The notes under the pieces were generated by a model, which was not told the origin of the DNA, did not search any database, and worked only from the letters and a program-made list of their open reading frames with translations. This document shows, in pieces, positions 28,944-38,556 of a DNA stretch of 56,175 bases; within the stretch, counting starts at the first letter, position 1; each line of letters starts with the position of its first letter. The DNA lies in contig CALVQX010000029.1 in the NCBI GenBank assembly GCA_944358405.1, forward strand, positions 1 through 56,175, in the 5' to 3' direction. A program made the translations under genes and the position numbers. Origin of the DNA: an uncultured Bacilli bacterium. GTDB taxonomy: Bacteria > Bacillota_I > Bacilli_A > RF39 > UBA660.

Positions 28944-29700
28944 CGTTTAAATCCCCACCTAGTAAAGTGACTACGTCAATAATTTTATCAAAAAATTCTT
29001 TTCGTGTATCTTCTCCTCTGCAAAGTTCATGAAAAATTTTACCATCCTTGATAAAAATTACTCTCGTTGCATAACTTGCTGTAAAAGCATCATGCGTTAC
29101 CATCAAAATAGTAGCTTGTAATTCTTGGTTTAAGTATTGGAATCTTTCTAATAACATTTTAGATGATTTGGAGTCTAAGGCTCCGGTTGGTTCATCTGCT
29201 AGGATCAATTTAGGATCCGTGATAATGGCTCTTGCGGATGCTACTCTCTGCTTTTGTCCTCCACTCATTTGATAGGGATATTTATGTAGGACATCCTTAA
29301 TATTTAATTCTTGAGCAACTTTTTTGATCTTTTGATCAATCTCTGCTGCTTTTTTGTTTTGGATCGATAGAGCTAGGGCAATATTTTCATAAGCGGTCAA
29401 AGTGTCTAGAAGATTAAAATCTTGAAAGATAAACCCTAACTCTTCCCTTCTAAATTTATTTAATTCATTACCTTTTAATTTGGTAATATCCACACCATCA
29501 AGGAAGATATGCCCCGCTGTTACTTTATCAATTGTAGAAATACAATTTAATAATGTTGTCTTTCCTGAGCCACTTGCTCCCATGATCGCAACAAATTCTT
29601 TTCTTTCTACATCAAAAGAGATATTATCAATCGCCTTTGTTAAACTTGAACGATTTCCATAATATTTTTCAATATTTTTAATTTGCAAAGTTTTTTCCAT
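28933..29700 (-). CDS. BceA-type ABC ATP-binding protein
   Basis: GASGSGKTT, MSGGQKQR, LILADEPT; start moved to ATG 29700 (AAAGGAG SD). Confidence 0.9.
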   Translation of the reverse strand: MEKTLQIKNIEKYYGNRSSLTKAIDNISFDVERKEFVAIMGASGSGKTTLLNCISTIDKVTAGHIFLDGVDITKLKGNELNKFRREELGFIFQDFNLLDTLTAYENIALALSIQNKKAAEIDQKIKKVAQELNIKDVLHKYPYQMSGGQKQRVASARAIITDPKLILADEPTGALDSKSSKMLLERFQYLNQELQATILMVTHDAFTASYATRVIFIKDGKIFHELCRGEDTRKEFFDKIIDVVTLLGGDLNDAL

Positions 29701-29767
29701 ATGATTGCTCCTTTCATGTATCATTCTACTTTATATTATTATCTTTGTCGTGCTTTTAACCTTACAA

Positions 29768-29789
29768 AACCTTACAATTTTGTAAGGTT
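29768..29789 (-). promoter_or_regulatory. candidate BceR-type response-regulator box upstream of the ABC operon
   Basis: perfect palindrome AACCTTACAA-tt-TTGTAAGGTT containing TTACA-N4-TGTAA; an extra direct half-site ACCTTACAA lies at 29759-29767; about 70 nt upstream of the ATPase start and abutting the kinase stop codon. Confidence 0.5.
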
Positions 29790-30804
29790 ATTTCAATACA
29801 TCATAATAGCGATCTTTTGCAAAAGTAAGGGTTACTACGGTACATTTTCCTTCTTCTGATTTTATTTCTATCTTATGACCTAGCTTCCTACATAGTTTTT
29901 TTACAATATATAGCCCCATCCCTGTAGATTTTGTTCCACTTCTACCATTTTTTCCAGTAAATGATTTTTCAAATACACGTGGTAGATCCGCTTTTGAAAT
30001 ACCAATTCCATTATCATAAATAATTAAGTATATATTATCTTCATCTTCTTTTGAAGCAATTTTAATGTAGGCATTTTCTTTCTTTTTATATTTCATGCTG
30101 TTATCGATAATTTGGTTTAAAATAAATTCTAACCATTTGGAATCTGTCAAAATGAAATGATCTATATCGCTGACAATTAATTCTATTTTTTGTTCTAATA
30201 AACTATCTTTGTTTTTTAAAGCTACATTACTAATAATCTTTTTTAAGGAGCAATTTTTGATTAAGTAATCAACTTCTGCATTTTCTGAACGAACATAATA
30301 TAGTACTTGTTCTAAATAATTATCTAGTCTTTTTAATTGTTCTTTTACTTTGTTATCATAATGTGATTTGTTATTATGAACCATTAGTGTCAGGGTTGCT
30401 AGTGGGAGTTTTACTTCATGAATCCATAATTCAATATATTCTTTAAAATCTAACATATTGCTTTCTGAAGTTTGAATTCTTTCTAACATAGATTTATTAA
30501 TTTCATAAAGTGCATCTACTAAAATTTTTCCTTCATAGAAATTAGGAGTTTTTATCGTTTCTGTAACTAAATATTTTTGATCTAGTTTTTCTAGTTGGGA
30601 TAAAAAGGTCTGATAAAAGAAGTGCTTAGGCAGATAATCATAAAGGAAAAAGATAAAAGAAAAGCAAAAAATAATAAAACTACTAGCAATTATTAATTCT
30701 ATGGGGGCTTTTAGTGCTAATTGTAATAGAATGAGTAATAGTATCATCAGATGGAATAATAATATTAAGAGCCATTTTGTCTTTAAATATTCTTTTAATT
30801 TCAT
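29788..30804 (-). CDS. intramembrane-sensing histidine kinase (BceS-like)
   Basis: 338 aa; two N-terminal TM segments with almost no external loop, H-box WIHEVKLPL, N/G boxes (IDNSMKY, DNGIGI, GMGLYI). Confidence 0.85.
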   Translation of the reverse strand: MKLKEYLKTKWLLILLFHLMILLLILLQLALKAPIELIIASSFIIFCFSFIFFLYDYLPKHFFYQTFLSQLEKLDQKYLVTETIKTPNFYEGKILVDALYEINKSMLERIQTSESNMLDFKEYIELWIHEVKLPLATLTLMVHNNKSHYDNKVKEQLKRLDNYLEQVLYYVRSENAEVDYLIKNCSLKKIISNVALKNKDSLLEQKIELIVSDIDHFILTDSKWLEFILNQIIDNSMKYKKKENAYIKIASKEDEDNIYLIIYDNGIGISKADLPRVFEKSFTGKNGRSGTKSTGMGLYIVKKLCRKLGHKIEIKSEEGKCTVVTLTFAKDRYYDVLK

Positions 30805-31463
30805 AATAATATATATCCTTGATTCTTTCTGGTCTCAATTGCTTCTTCGTGACCGATCTCTTTTAATTTGGCACGTAATCTACTAATATTTACAGTTAGA
30901 GCATTGTCATTAATATATTCATTATTATTCCATAGAGTTGTCATCAATTCATCTCTAGTAACAATTCGATTGGGATGAAGTAATAGATAAGAAAAAATAA
31001 TCATTTCATTTTTTGTTAGTAATATTTCTGATGTTCCGTTTGATAATAAGCCTTTTTCTGGACTAATAGTTAAATCTTTGTACTTATAATTTTCTCCCTT
31101 TTCAGAGGCTCTTTTTAATAGATTGGCAATTCGTAATAATAAAATGGTTGGATTGTAGGGCTTAGTAATGTAATCATCTGCACCATAGCTCATGGATAAT
31201 ACTTCATCCGTTTCCGAATTTCTACTGGTTACCATAATGACAGGTAAATTTGAGTGTTTGCGAAACTCTTTTAATAAAAGCTCTCCGTTCATTTCTGGCA
31301 AGTTGATATCCAGTAGTATTAAATTGGCATCTGTATGTAGTATTTTTTCTAAAACATTAGAAACTTCTTCCAAAATTATACTTTCATAGCCACTGGTATC
31401 TAGTAGTTCTTTTAGTTCTTTGGCAATACTTTGATCATCTTCAATAATTAGTATTTTTTGCAT
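30801..31463 (-). CDS. OmpR-family response regulator (BceR-like)
   Basis: 220 aa; receiver domain (ILLDINLP, acidic pocket) plus winged-helix output; 4-nt overlap with the kinase gene. Confidence 0.9.
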   Translation of the reverse strand: MQKILIIEDDQSIAKELKELLDTSGYESIILEEVSNVLEKILHTDANLILLDINLPEMNGELLLKEFRKHSNLPVIMVTSRNSETDEVLSMSYGADDYITKPYNPTILLLRIANLLKRASEKGENYKYKDLTISPEKGLLSNGTSEILLTKNEMIIFSYLLLHPNRIVTRDELMTTLWNNNEYINDNALTVNISRLRAKLKEIGHEEAIETRKNQGYILL

Positions 31464-31510
31464 AATTCACCTACTTTTCTTTTTTATATTTTTGGTTTAT
31501 ATTCTTTCAT

Positions 31511-31894
31511 TCATTCTTTTCTATGCGGTTGTTTTTTTAACCATTCTAAGATTAGTGCTACCACAAAAGTTTTTTCTTTTTGAGATAACTCTTTTCCTTT
31601 TTGAATATGATGCCAACGTAGAAGGCAACCTCTACAACAGGTGGCTGTGGCATGTTGAGCAATAAATACAGGATGCCCATGCATAGGAGTTTGTTTACCA
31701 TCATTTTTTATTTCTTTTGGTGCAAGTCGTTGTTCAATTATCTTTTTTGCATGTTCTTCTATTATGGCTAGTCCCTTTTCTTCTAAATAGAGCTGTTCTT
31801 TTTTTCCTAATTTGAAACTACTTCGAAATTTTGATTTTTGCAATTTTTGTAGTTTTTCATTTAAAAATTGTTCTTGAACTTTTGTTAACTCCAT
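31511..31894 (-). CDS. DUF4186-family protein
   Basis: 127 aa; HPVFIAQHATATCCRGCLLRWH motif typical of DUF4186. Confidence 0.65.
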   Translation of the reverse strand: MELTKVQEQFLNEKLQKLQKSKFRSSFKLGKKEQLYLEEKGLAIIEEHAKKIIEQRLAPKEIKNDGKQTPMHGHPVFIAQHATATCCRGCLLRWHHIQKGKELSQKEKTFVVALILEWLKKQPHRKE

Positions 31895-31922
31895 AAACTG
31901 ATTCCTCTTCTTTTTCTAAACA

Positions 31923-32684
31923 TTACTTTTTTATATATCGCTTACATTGATTCCTAGGTTCTAGATAGTCTATAAATTCTTGATAAGAATCTATTTTATA
32001 GTCTGTTAACTCTTCTAGGGTATCTCTATCTTTGTCAGAATACTTATCATAGACATTTACTGTTTCAATCCCTGCATTTTTTGCAGCCAAAATCCCTTGG
32101 AGAGAGTCTTCAAAAACTAAGCATCCCTCAGGAGACACTTGGTAATGATCTAACACTTTCAAATAGATTTCGGGATCTGGTTTTTTCTTTTTGACATCTT
32201 CTTTTCGTAATATATAATCAAATGTTTCATAAAAGGACAGTGCTTGCTGCATCCGCTTGTTTTTTGTCGCATAAATTTCTAATTGATGTTGAGTAGTTGA
32301 GGTTGCTAGAGCAATGCTATAGCTTTTTTGTTGCAGATGATTTAATAACTCTGGGGCCTTTTCTTTATAAGTTAATTCCTCTTGTAAAATTTCGCTGGAT
32401 GCAATCTTTCGGAAATGCATCAGTTCTTCTGCATTGATTTTTAGATGGTATTTTTCAATGAGATATTTGCAATAGTCGAAATAAATTTCTCCGTGTCTAT
32501 TTTTTAGGAGGAACTGATCTCTTTCTTCTTGAACTTCTTCTAAGGAAACTAATTTGTCTCCATACTTTTGAATGCTTTTTTGATCTACATAATTCCAAAT
32601 TCCAATCGAATCAATTAAGGTTCCATCCATATCAAAGATAAATACTTCTTTTTTATCTAAATCTAGAGTTGCTAATGGCTTCAT
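31923..32684 (-). CDS. HAD-superfamily hydrolase (beta-phosphoglucomutase-like subfamily IA)
   Basis: FIFDMDGTLIDS motif I and FEDSLQG motif IV; start moved to ATG 32684 (GAGGTG SD); the ORF-track N-terminal extension overlaps the upstream gene. Confidence 0.8.
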   Translation of the reverse strand: MKPLATLDLDKKEVFIFDMDGTLIDSIGIWNYVDQKSIQKYGDKLVSLEEVQEERDQFLLKNRHGEIYFDYCKYLIEKYHLKINAEELMHFRKIASSEILQEELTYKEKAPELLNHLQQKSYSIALATSTTQHQLEIYATKNKRMQQALSFYETFDYILRKEDVKKKKPDPEIYLKVLDHYQVSPEGCLVFEDSLQGILAAKNAGIETVNVYDKYSDKDRDTLEELTDYKIDSYQEFIDYLEPRNQCKRYIKK

Positions 32685-32776
32685 TTTATCACCTCGGTTG
32701 TTCTTTATTATAACACATCTTAGTAGCGATTGTATTTTTGATATTCTAGTTTGTAAAAAGATGATAGAGTGTTCTA

Positions 32777-33775
32777 TCATCTTGAACTAGCGTAGCGTCT
32801 TATTTTGTTTTGATCCTGTTCTGCTTTCTCTAACTTTGCCACCAAATCGAGATCCACTTTACCTGACAATAAGGCCTGGTCTAACTTCTCTATCGGTCCA
32901 TATTTTTCTGTGGCCATATGATACATACTTTGCATCGCCTCTTTTTTTTCCTCTTCTTCTAAGTTCCAAAAAGACATTTCTTTTAGTCTTTGCAAACATC
33001 CAGAGATTTGTATCATACGTATTACTTCTTTTAAATTGGCAAATTTATTTTCTTTTTTGGCTTCTTCCTCGATTGCATCTCCTACCCTAAAAATATCTAG
33101 AATATGTGGATTTGGTGCGTATCCTTTGGAAGAGACTCCTCTTTGAATATTCCGACGGTAGCAATAATCTGGGTTGGCAAAAGATAAGATAGTGTCTGCT
33201 CTTATCATCATAGAATAGGTAAAGGCAATATCTTCCCACATACAATCTTCTAGAAATCGTAACTCTTGAATTTTATCTTTGCGAAATATTTTGTTGCAAC
33301 AAGATGGACTTTCCCAAAATAGAAGCATTGGATCTTTTTCTAGGGATTGAACAAATCCATTTCTCCTTTGGAACGTATCTTTCTTATCTTCGAATTTTGC
33401 AGTAGAATCGATAAAAGATATTCCTGTCGTTACTACCGTAGGATAATTATTTTTTACTGCACCTTCATACATCATTTGATACATTTCAGGATGAACAAAA
33501 TCATCACTGTCAACAAAGCCAATATATTCACCTGTTGCTAAATCTAATCCGATGTTTCTGGTAGCTCCTTGACCTAGATTTTTTTCATTTTGATAGATGT
33601 GAATTACTGAATTTTTAGAAGCGATGTCTTTTAAAACTTGATAACTCTCATCGGTAGAAGCATCATCGATAGCGATAATTTCTATCTCTTTTAGAGTTTG
33701 TGAGGTTAAAGAAGTAAGACAGTCTTTCAAATAAACAGCGTTATTATATATAGGAACAATGATACTTACTTTCAT
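32777..33775 (-). CDS. family-2 glycosyltransferase
   Basis: 332 aa; VSIIVPIYNN, IDDASTD, FVDSDD (DxD) motifs. Confidence 0.85.
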   Translation of the reverse strand: MKVSIIVPIYNNAVYLKDCLTSLTSQTLKEIEIIAIDDASTDESYQVLKDIASKNSVIHIYQNEKNLGQGATRNIGLDLATGEYIGFVDSDDFVHPEMYQMMYEGAVKNNYPTVVTTGISFIDSTAKFEDKKDTFQRRNGFVQSLEKDPMLLFWESPSCCNKIFRKDKIQELRFLEDCMWEDIAFTYSMMIRADTILSFANPDYCYRRNIQRGVSSKGYAPNPHILDIFRVGDAIEEEAKKENKFANLKEVIRMIQISGCLQRLKEMSFWNLEEEEKKEAMQSMYHMATEKYGPIEKLDQALLSGKVDLDLVAKLEKAEQDQNKIRRYASSR

Positions 33776-33779
33776 ATTT

Positions 33780-35975
33780 TTACCTTTCTAATTTTATTTT
33801 TTTTAGTCTTAATGCATTTAATGTTACTGTGAAGCTGCTGAAAATCATCGCAATACTTGCAAGCATAGGATTTATCTTTATCCCGATAGAATAAAATAGT
33901 CCCATAGCAATCGGAATCATTAAAATATTGTAGAAAAATGCCCAGAATAAATTTTGTTTGATAATTCTTAATGTTTTTTGACTGATTGTTAATAAATTTA
34001 AGATACTATTCAAATCATTTTTCGTTAAAATGACATCTGCTGAATCTTTTGCAATATCGGTTCCTTGAGATATACTAATTCCAATATTACTAGTTGCAAG
34101 TGCCGGACTATCATTAATTCCATCTCCACACATCATAACATAGTAGCCCTCTTCTTGATATTTTTCAATTTGTTTTGTTTTTTCTTTTGGACTTACGTTT
34201 GCTATTACTTCTGTGATACCTATTTCTTTGGCAATCACTTGTGCAGTTTTTTCATTGTCTCCAGTTAACATAATTGGTAAGATATTTCTTTTTGATAATT
34301 CTTGTATTACTTCTTTGGCATTAGTTCTAATTACGTCATTTACGCCAATTAAAGCTAATATTTTTTGATCTTCTACAACGTAGAGAATGCTATTTCCTTG
34401 ATTCGTTAGCTGATTTTCTTCTTCTAAATGATTGTTTTTTATGCGATGTTTTTTTAGCATTTTCGCATTTCCTAGTAAAATTTTTTTGCCATCAATTTCT
34501 CCAGAAATTCCTAGGCCACTTTCCTCTTGATAGTTATCTATTGGAATTGTGATTAATTGGTGCTCTTCTAAATAAGTAGTAAACGCCCGAGCGATTGGAT
34601 GAGTAGAATTTTTCTCTAGACTACCAACCAATTGAAGTAGTTTTTCCGTAGATAATTTGCTATAGTTTTTGATTTCTTTTATTTTTAACGTGCCATAAGT
34701 TAGGGTCCCTGTTTTGTCAAAAACAATCGCTGTTACTTTGTTGGCATTTTCTAAAACTTCACTTTTTTTCACTAGGATTCCGTGACTAGCACAAAGTCCT
34801 TCACTTACCACAATGGCTAGTGGTGTTGCTAGTCCTAGACTACAAGGACAGGCAACGACTAAGACAGAAACAAAACTAGTAATTGCAAAAGAAGGATTAA
34901 ACAATAGATTTCCTAACAATGCAATGAGTGCTAAGCCAAAGACAACAAAGACAAAATAACCACTTATCCGATCGGCAATTTTTGCAATTGGTGCTTTGCT
35001 CGCCGTTGCTTCTACTACTAAACGAACAATTTCAGAAATGGTAGAATCTTTTCCGATCCGTTGTGCTTCATATTCTATATAACCATCATAGTTTATACTG
35101 CCCGCAATCACTTTTGACTCTACTTCTTTTTTGATAGGTTTACTCTCCCCGGTCAAAAAAGCCTCATCTACATGAGTTGTCCCCGAAATTACAACTCCAT
35201 CTACAGCAATTTTACTGCCTGGTTTTGCAATTAAAATATCTCCTTTTTTGATTTCATCTAATGTCACTTCTACTTCTTTGCCATCTTTTTTTATAATAGC
35301 AAAAGAAGGAGTAATTTGAACTAATTGCTGGATTGCCTCTTTTGTTTTTTCCTTACTCATATGATCTAGGCTGCGCCCTAATTTTACAAAATAAATTACG
35401 AGAGCAGCAGATTCAAAATATAGATGATCTAGAGAAGATAAATCTCCTTGTAAAATGCGAATTACATGATATATGCTGTATAATAAACTACTCCAGACAC
35501 CGATCGATACTAAAGTATCCATATTAGGCATACGATGATATAAATTTTTAACACCACTTTTTAAAATATCTTTTCCATAAATTAAAAAAGAGATCGTTAA
35601 AATCATCAATGTTACAATATACAATATTGGAAATTCTTTCTTGTCGATCAAAGATATATGGAACATATGTCCCATAGAGACTAGCATCAGAAGAATGGCT
35701 AGAGTTGTCATTATTATTAATTTTGAGAAAGAAGAATCTTTTCCTTCTTGTTTTTGTTCTTGATAAATACCAGTACTAGAAAATCCTGCTTCTTCGATCA
35801 TTTTCTCTATTTTTTTTCGATCTAGAATCGTTTCGTCATATTCTATTTGTACATTTTCTAGCACTAGATTTACCACAGCTAAATAAATGCCTGATTGCTT
35901 ATTTAAATATTTCTCTAATCCGTTGGAACAAGCACTACAAGTCATTCCAGATACTCCTAGTACAATTGTTTTCAT
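33780..35975 (-). CDS. copA: copper-translocating P1B-type ATPase
   Basis: 731 aa; N-terminal GMTCSAC metal-binding domain, CPC in a TM helix (VVACPCSLGLATP), DKTGTLT, GDGINDSPAL. Confidence 0.92.
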   Translation of the reverse strand: MKTIVLGVSGMTCSACSNGLEKYLNKQSGIYLAVVNLVLENVQIEYDETILDRKKIEKMIEEAGFSSTGIYQEQKQEGKDSSFSKLIIMTTLAILLMLVSMGHMFHISLIDKKEFPILYIVTLMILTISFLIYGKDILKSGVKNLYHRMPNMDTLVSIGVWSSLLYSIYHVIRILQGDLSSLDHLYFESAALVIYFVKLGRSLDHMSKEKTKEAIQQLVQITPSFAIIKKDGKEVEVTLDEIKKGDILIAKPGSKIAVDGVVISGTTHVDEAFLTGESKPIKKEVESKVIAGSINYDGYIEYEAQRIGKDSTISEIVRLVVEATASKAPIAKIADRISGYFVFVVFGLALIALLGNLLFNPSFAITSFVSVLVVACPCSLGLATPLAIVVSEGLCASHGILVKKSEVLENANKVTAIVFDKTGTLTYGTLKIKEIKNYSKLSTEKLLQLVGSLEKNSTHPIARAFTTYLEEHQLITIPIDNYQEESGLGISGEIDGKKILLGNAKMLKKHRIKNNHLEEENQLTNQGNSILYVVEDQKILALIGVNDVIRTNAKEVIQELSKRNILPIMLTGDNEKTAQVIAKEIGITEVIANVSPKEKTKQIEKYQEEGYYVMMCGDGINDSPALATSNIGISISQGTDIAKDSADVILTKNDLNSILNLLTISQKTLRIIKQNLFWAFFYNILMIPIAMGLFYSIGIKINPMLASIAMIFSSFTVTLNALRLKKIKLER

Positions 35976-35976
35976 T

Positions 35977-36186
35977 TTATTTATCCTCTACTTTATAGTC
36001 TAACTCTTCTAGTTTTTCTTTGATATCATCGATAAAGGAATCATCCTCTAACACTAATGATACTGTTTTTTGGGTGTAATCCGCTGATACTTTCTCAACG
36101 CCAACCATTTGACTTAGAACCCTTTTGATTCTTGACTCACATCCACTACAAGTCATTCCATTTACTTTTAATGTTACTTCGATCAT
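35977..36186 (-). CDS. copZ: copper chaperone CopZ (HMA domain)
   Basis: 69 aa; GMTCSGC motif; stop 1 nt before the copA start. Confidence 0.9.
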   Translation of the reverse strand: MIEVTLKVNGMTCSGCESRIKRVLSQMVGVEKVSADYTQKTVSLVLEDDSFIDDIKEKLEELDYKVEDK

Positions 36187-36205
36187 ATTTTCTTATCCTT
36201 TCTTT

Positions 36206-36781
36206 TTACTTACTTTGAGCTTTTCCTTGGGGATATTTGAAACAATTTACTTCATGAGAATTAATGATTCCGATTGCTTGCAGATAAGAATAAACTGTTA
36301 TCGTCCCCACAAACTTCATTCCTCTTTTTTCTAAATCTTTAGAAATTGTATCAGATAATTTAGAACTCGTTTTTCCTAGCTCATAAATTATTTTTCCTTC
36401 TGTAAAATGCCATATATAATTAGAAAACGTTCCATATTCTTTTTGAATTTGTATAAAGATTTTAGCATTTAAAATCGCAGCGGTAATTTTTCTTTTATTT
36501 CTAATAATCGCAGTATTTTCTAACAACTCTTGAATCTTTGGTTCTTGATATTGGCTAATTTTATGCCAATTAAACTGATCAAAAGCATCTCTAAAGGATT
36601 CTCTTTTGTTTATGACACACTCCCAGGAAAGTCCTGCTTGAAAGCATTCTAGCAATAATAACTCATATAATTTTTTATCCTCATAAACTGGCACACCCCA
36701 TTCTTCATCATGATACTTTATATATTTATCATTTTTTAAATTAACCCAGGAGCATCTTTGTATTTTTTGATCTTTTTCCAT
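36206..36781 (-). CDS. tag: DNA-3-methyladenine glycosylase I
   Basis: 191 aa; RCSWV...YHDEEWGVP...LLLECFQAGLSW motifs typical of Tag. Confidence 0.9.
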   Translation of the reverse strand: MEKDQKIQRCSWVNLKNDKYIKYHDEEWGVPVYEDKKLYELLLLECFQAGLSWECVINKRESFRDAFDQFNWHKISQYQEPKIQELLENTAIIRNKRKITAAILNAKIFIQIQKEYGTFSNYIWHFTEGKIIYELGKTSSKLSDTISKDLEKRGMKFVGTITVYSYLQAIGIINSHEVNCFKYPQGKAQSK

Positions 36782-36786
36782 GCGAT

Positions 36787-37500
36787 TTATCCCTCATTTC
36801 TTGAATTCATCCACTCTGTTAAAACGGGAGATTTTTTTCGCATTTTTTTGAATTCCAAAGCATTTTCTTTGGAATAAAAGTATAGTTCGGTAATTTCATG
36901 ATCAAAATATTCCTTATTTGCCTCAAAGTATGATTGCAGTTCTTCTTTTGTATAGTTTAAACTTCCAGTAAATATGATACCAAAAGAATGATATGTCAAT
37001 TTATTATCCCCTGGTACTTTTAAATAGCTTATTTTATAGTCTGGAACTATTTCTTTATTATTTAGATCTATGCCAAGTTCTTCTTTCAATTCTCTTTTTA
37101 GGCAAAAAGTAGGAGAAAAAGTTTGCTCTTGAAAATCCTCTTCACTTGCCATTCCCCCAATAAAGCTTAGTTCTTTGTGATTATTTCGAATTAAGAGATA
37201 ATAATTGTCCTTGGTTTGAAAGATAATAGCGGCATATAAACTCCAAATTCGTAAATCCTGATTTTTGGTAGCATAAATTAGATCGGCATATTTTGCTTTT
37301 CCAATTTCTATTAGATAGGATGTTGTCGTTTCTTCTATATTAGTAACAGTAAAAATCTCCCCATTATAATATTTTCCTTCTCTTCCTGGAATAAATTCGT
37401 TCCAAGTAGCTTCGATTTTACTAGATTGAGATGGAGTCTTTTCTATTTCTAATGGCTCTTTTAAATAAAATTGTAAATTTTTTTCTATCGGTATTAACAT
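36787..37500 (-). CDS. NUDIX-family hydrolase
   Basis: canonical NUDIX box GGMASEEDF...CLKRELKEELGI; start moved to ATG 37500 (GGGAGG SD). Confidence 0.75.
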   Translation of the reverse strand: MLIPIEKNLQFYLKEPLEIEKTPSQSSKIEATWNEFIPGREGKYYNGEIFTVTNIEETTTSYLIEIGKAKYADLIYATKNQDLRIWSLYAAIIFQTKDNYYLLIRNNHKELSFIGGMASEEDFQEQTFSPTFCLKRELKEELGIDLNNKEIVPDYKISYLKVPGDNKLTYHSFGIIFTGSLNYTKEELQSYFEANKEYFDHEITELYFYSKENALEFKKMRKKSPVLTEWMNSRNEG

Positions 37501-37554
37501 CCTTAACCTCCCTATTTTGGTTATAAGCATCCACTCGTATATTCTGACTTTTGT

Positions 37555-38202
37555 CTACACATTTTTTCTAGCAAGAATATATATTTTAGGTTGACTATCA
37601 GATAATGAAGTTTCTTCTTTTAGTAAAAGTTTTTCTACTTCGTTCCATCCTTCTTTCCAATCATACCCAGCACGAAGAGCTCCTTTTTCTTTTAACTCTA
37701 CTTCCGTGATGTTTTTATTATGATAGGATGGAAATAATATTTTTGTTTCTACATTCTTATCTAGATTAAAAATTCTATCGTCTATCTGAATATCCGCTCT
37801 AAACATGTGTTTTGCACTTGTAAAAATATAGTGTTTTGGATCAATAAAGGGAATGTTACTTAATAAAAAATTATACTTATCTTGAAATATTCTGCCAGAA
37901 CCTTGGATATTTAAAGGATTCACACATGAGGAATAGAAATAAATATGATATATCTCGTTTAGTTTTTTTATTGTCTCAATAGCATGTGGCAAAATTTGCG
38001 CATTTTCATATAAGTTTCTTTGATTGATAAACTCGTTAAATTCAGAAAACCTTTCTTTAGGTATGGCAGCTTCATCAATATAGTAATCTTGAAAATCATC
38101 TATGACATAATCTGTTTCCATAAAATCATTTACTGCTTGCAAAAAGCCAGGAAAGCAAACAACCTCATCGACGTCTAGTAAAATATCCTTTCCTTTTTTC
38201 AT
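37555..38202 (-). CDS. HAD-like 5'(3')-deoxyribonucleotidase-type (NT5C/YorS-like) protein
   Basis: LLDVDEVV (DxDxV) N-terminal motif; start moved to ATG 38202 (AGGAG SD). Confidence 0.5.
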   Translation of the reverse strand: MKKGKDILLDVDEVVCFPGFLQAVNDFMETDYVIDDFQDYYIDEAAIPKERFSEFNEFINQRNLYENAQILPHAIETIKKLNEIYHIYFYSSCVNPLNIQGSGRIFQDKYNFLLSNIPFIDPKHYIFTSAKHMFRADIQIDDRIFNLDKNVETKILFPSYHNKNITEVELKEKGALRAGYDWKEGWNEVEKLLLKEETSLSDSQPKIYILARKNV

Positions 38203-38394
38203 AAAAATCGCTCCTTCTATCATGAATTTTCATTAGTATGAAATACTATCAATGTAAATCCATTTGCTTTATTATAACATATATTTTTGCATATTAAAAC
38301 TCAAACATAATTGCTCAAGTAGTATTTTTTATTCCTTTGTAAATTTTTTTGAAGGTGTACAATTAAAGACTTTTAATAAATTAATTTTTTCATC

Positions 38395-38423
38395 TTTTCA
38401 ATCAAACAACAATATGATATACT
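38395..38423 (+). promoter_or_regulatory. putative sigma-A promoter of tRNA-Thr
   Basis: TTTTCA - 17 nt - TATACT with an extended -10 TG (TGaTATACT); roughly 20 nt before the tRNA 5' end. Confidence 0.45.
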
Positions 38424-38443
38424 ATATATGTCTACTAGGTTTT

Positions 38444-38519
38444 GCCGACTTAGCTCAGTTGGTAGAGCAACTCATTCGTAATGAGTAGGTCGAAGGTTCA
38501 AGTCCTTTAGTCGGCACCA
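38444..38519 (+). tRNA. tRNA-Thr (anticodon CGT), CCA encoded
   Basis: manual cloverleaf: GCCGACT/AGTCGGC acceptor, GCTC/GAGC D stem, ACTCA-TTCGTAA-TGAGT anticodon arm, GAAGG-TTCAAGT-CCTTT T arm. Confidence 0.9.
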
Positions 38520-38556
38520 TGATGATAGAAAACTCAATTTTTTTGGGTCTAAATTT

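Noticed and set aside
38264-38488. 74-aa plus-strand ORF upstream of and overlapping tRNA-Thr
   Set aside because: It runs through the tRNA promoter and into the tRNA itself, has no SD and gives an AT-rich junk translation.
38500-38519. Possible direct-repeat att pair between the 3' end of tRNA-Thr (…AAGTCCTTTAGTC…) and the end of the tRNA fossil (…GGGTCCTTTAATT…, 40447-40459)
   Set aside because: Only 8 identical nucleotides (GTCCTTTA) match, which is expected by chance in a 56-kb AT-rich window.
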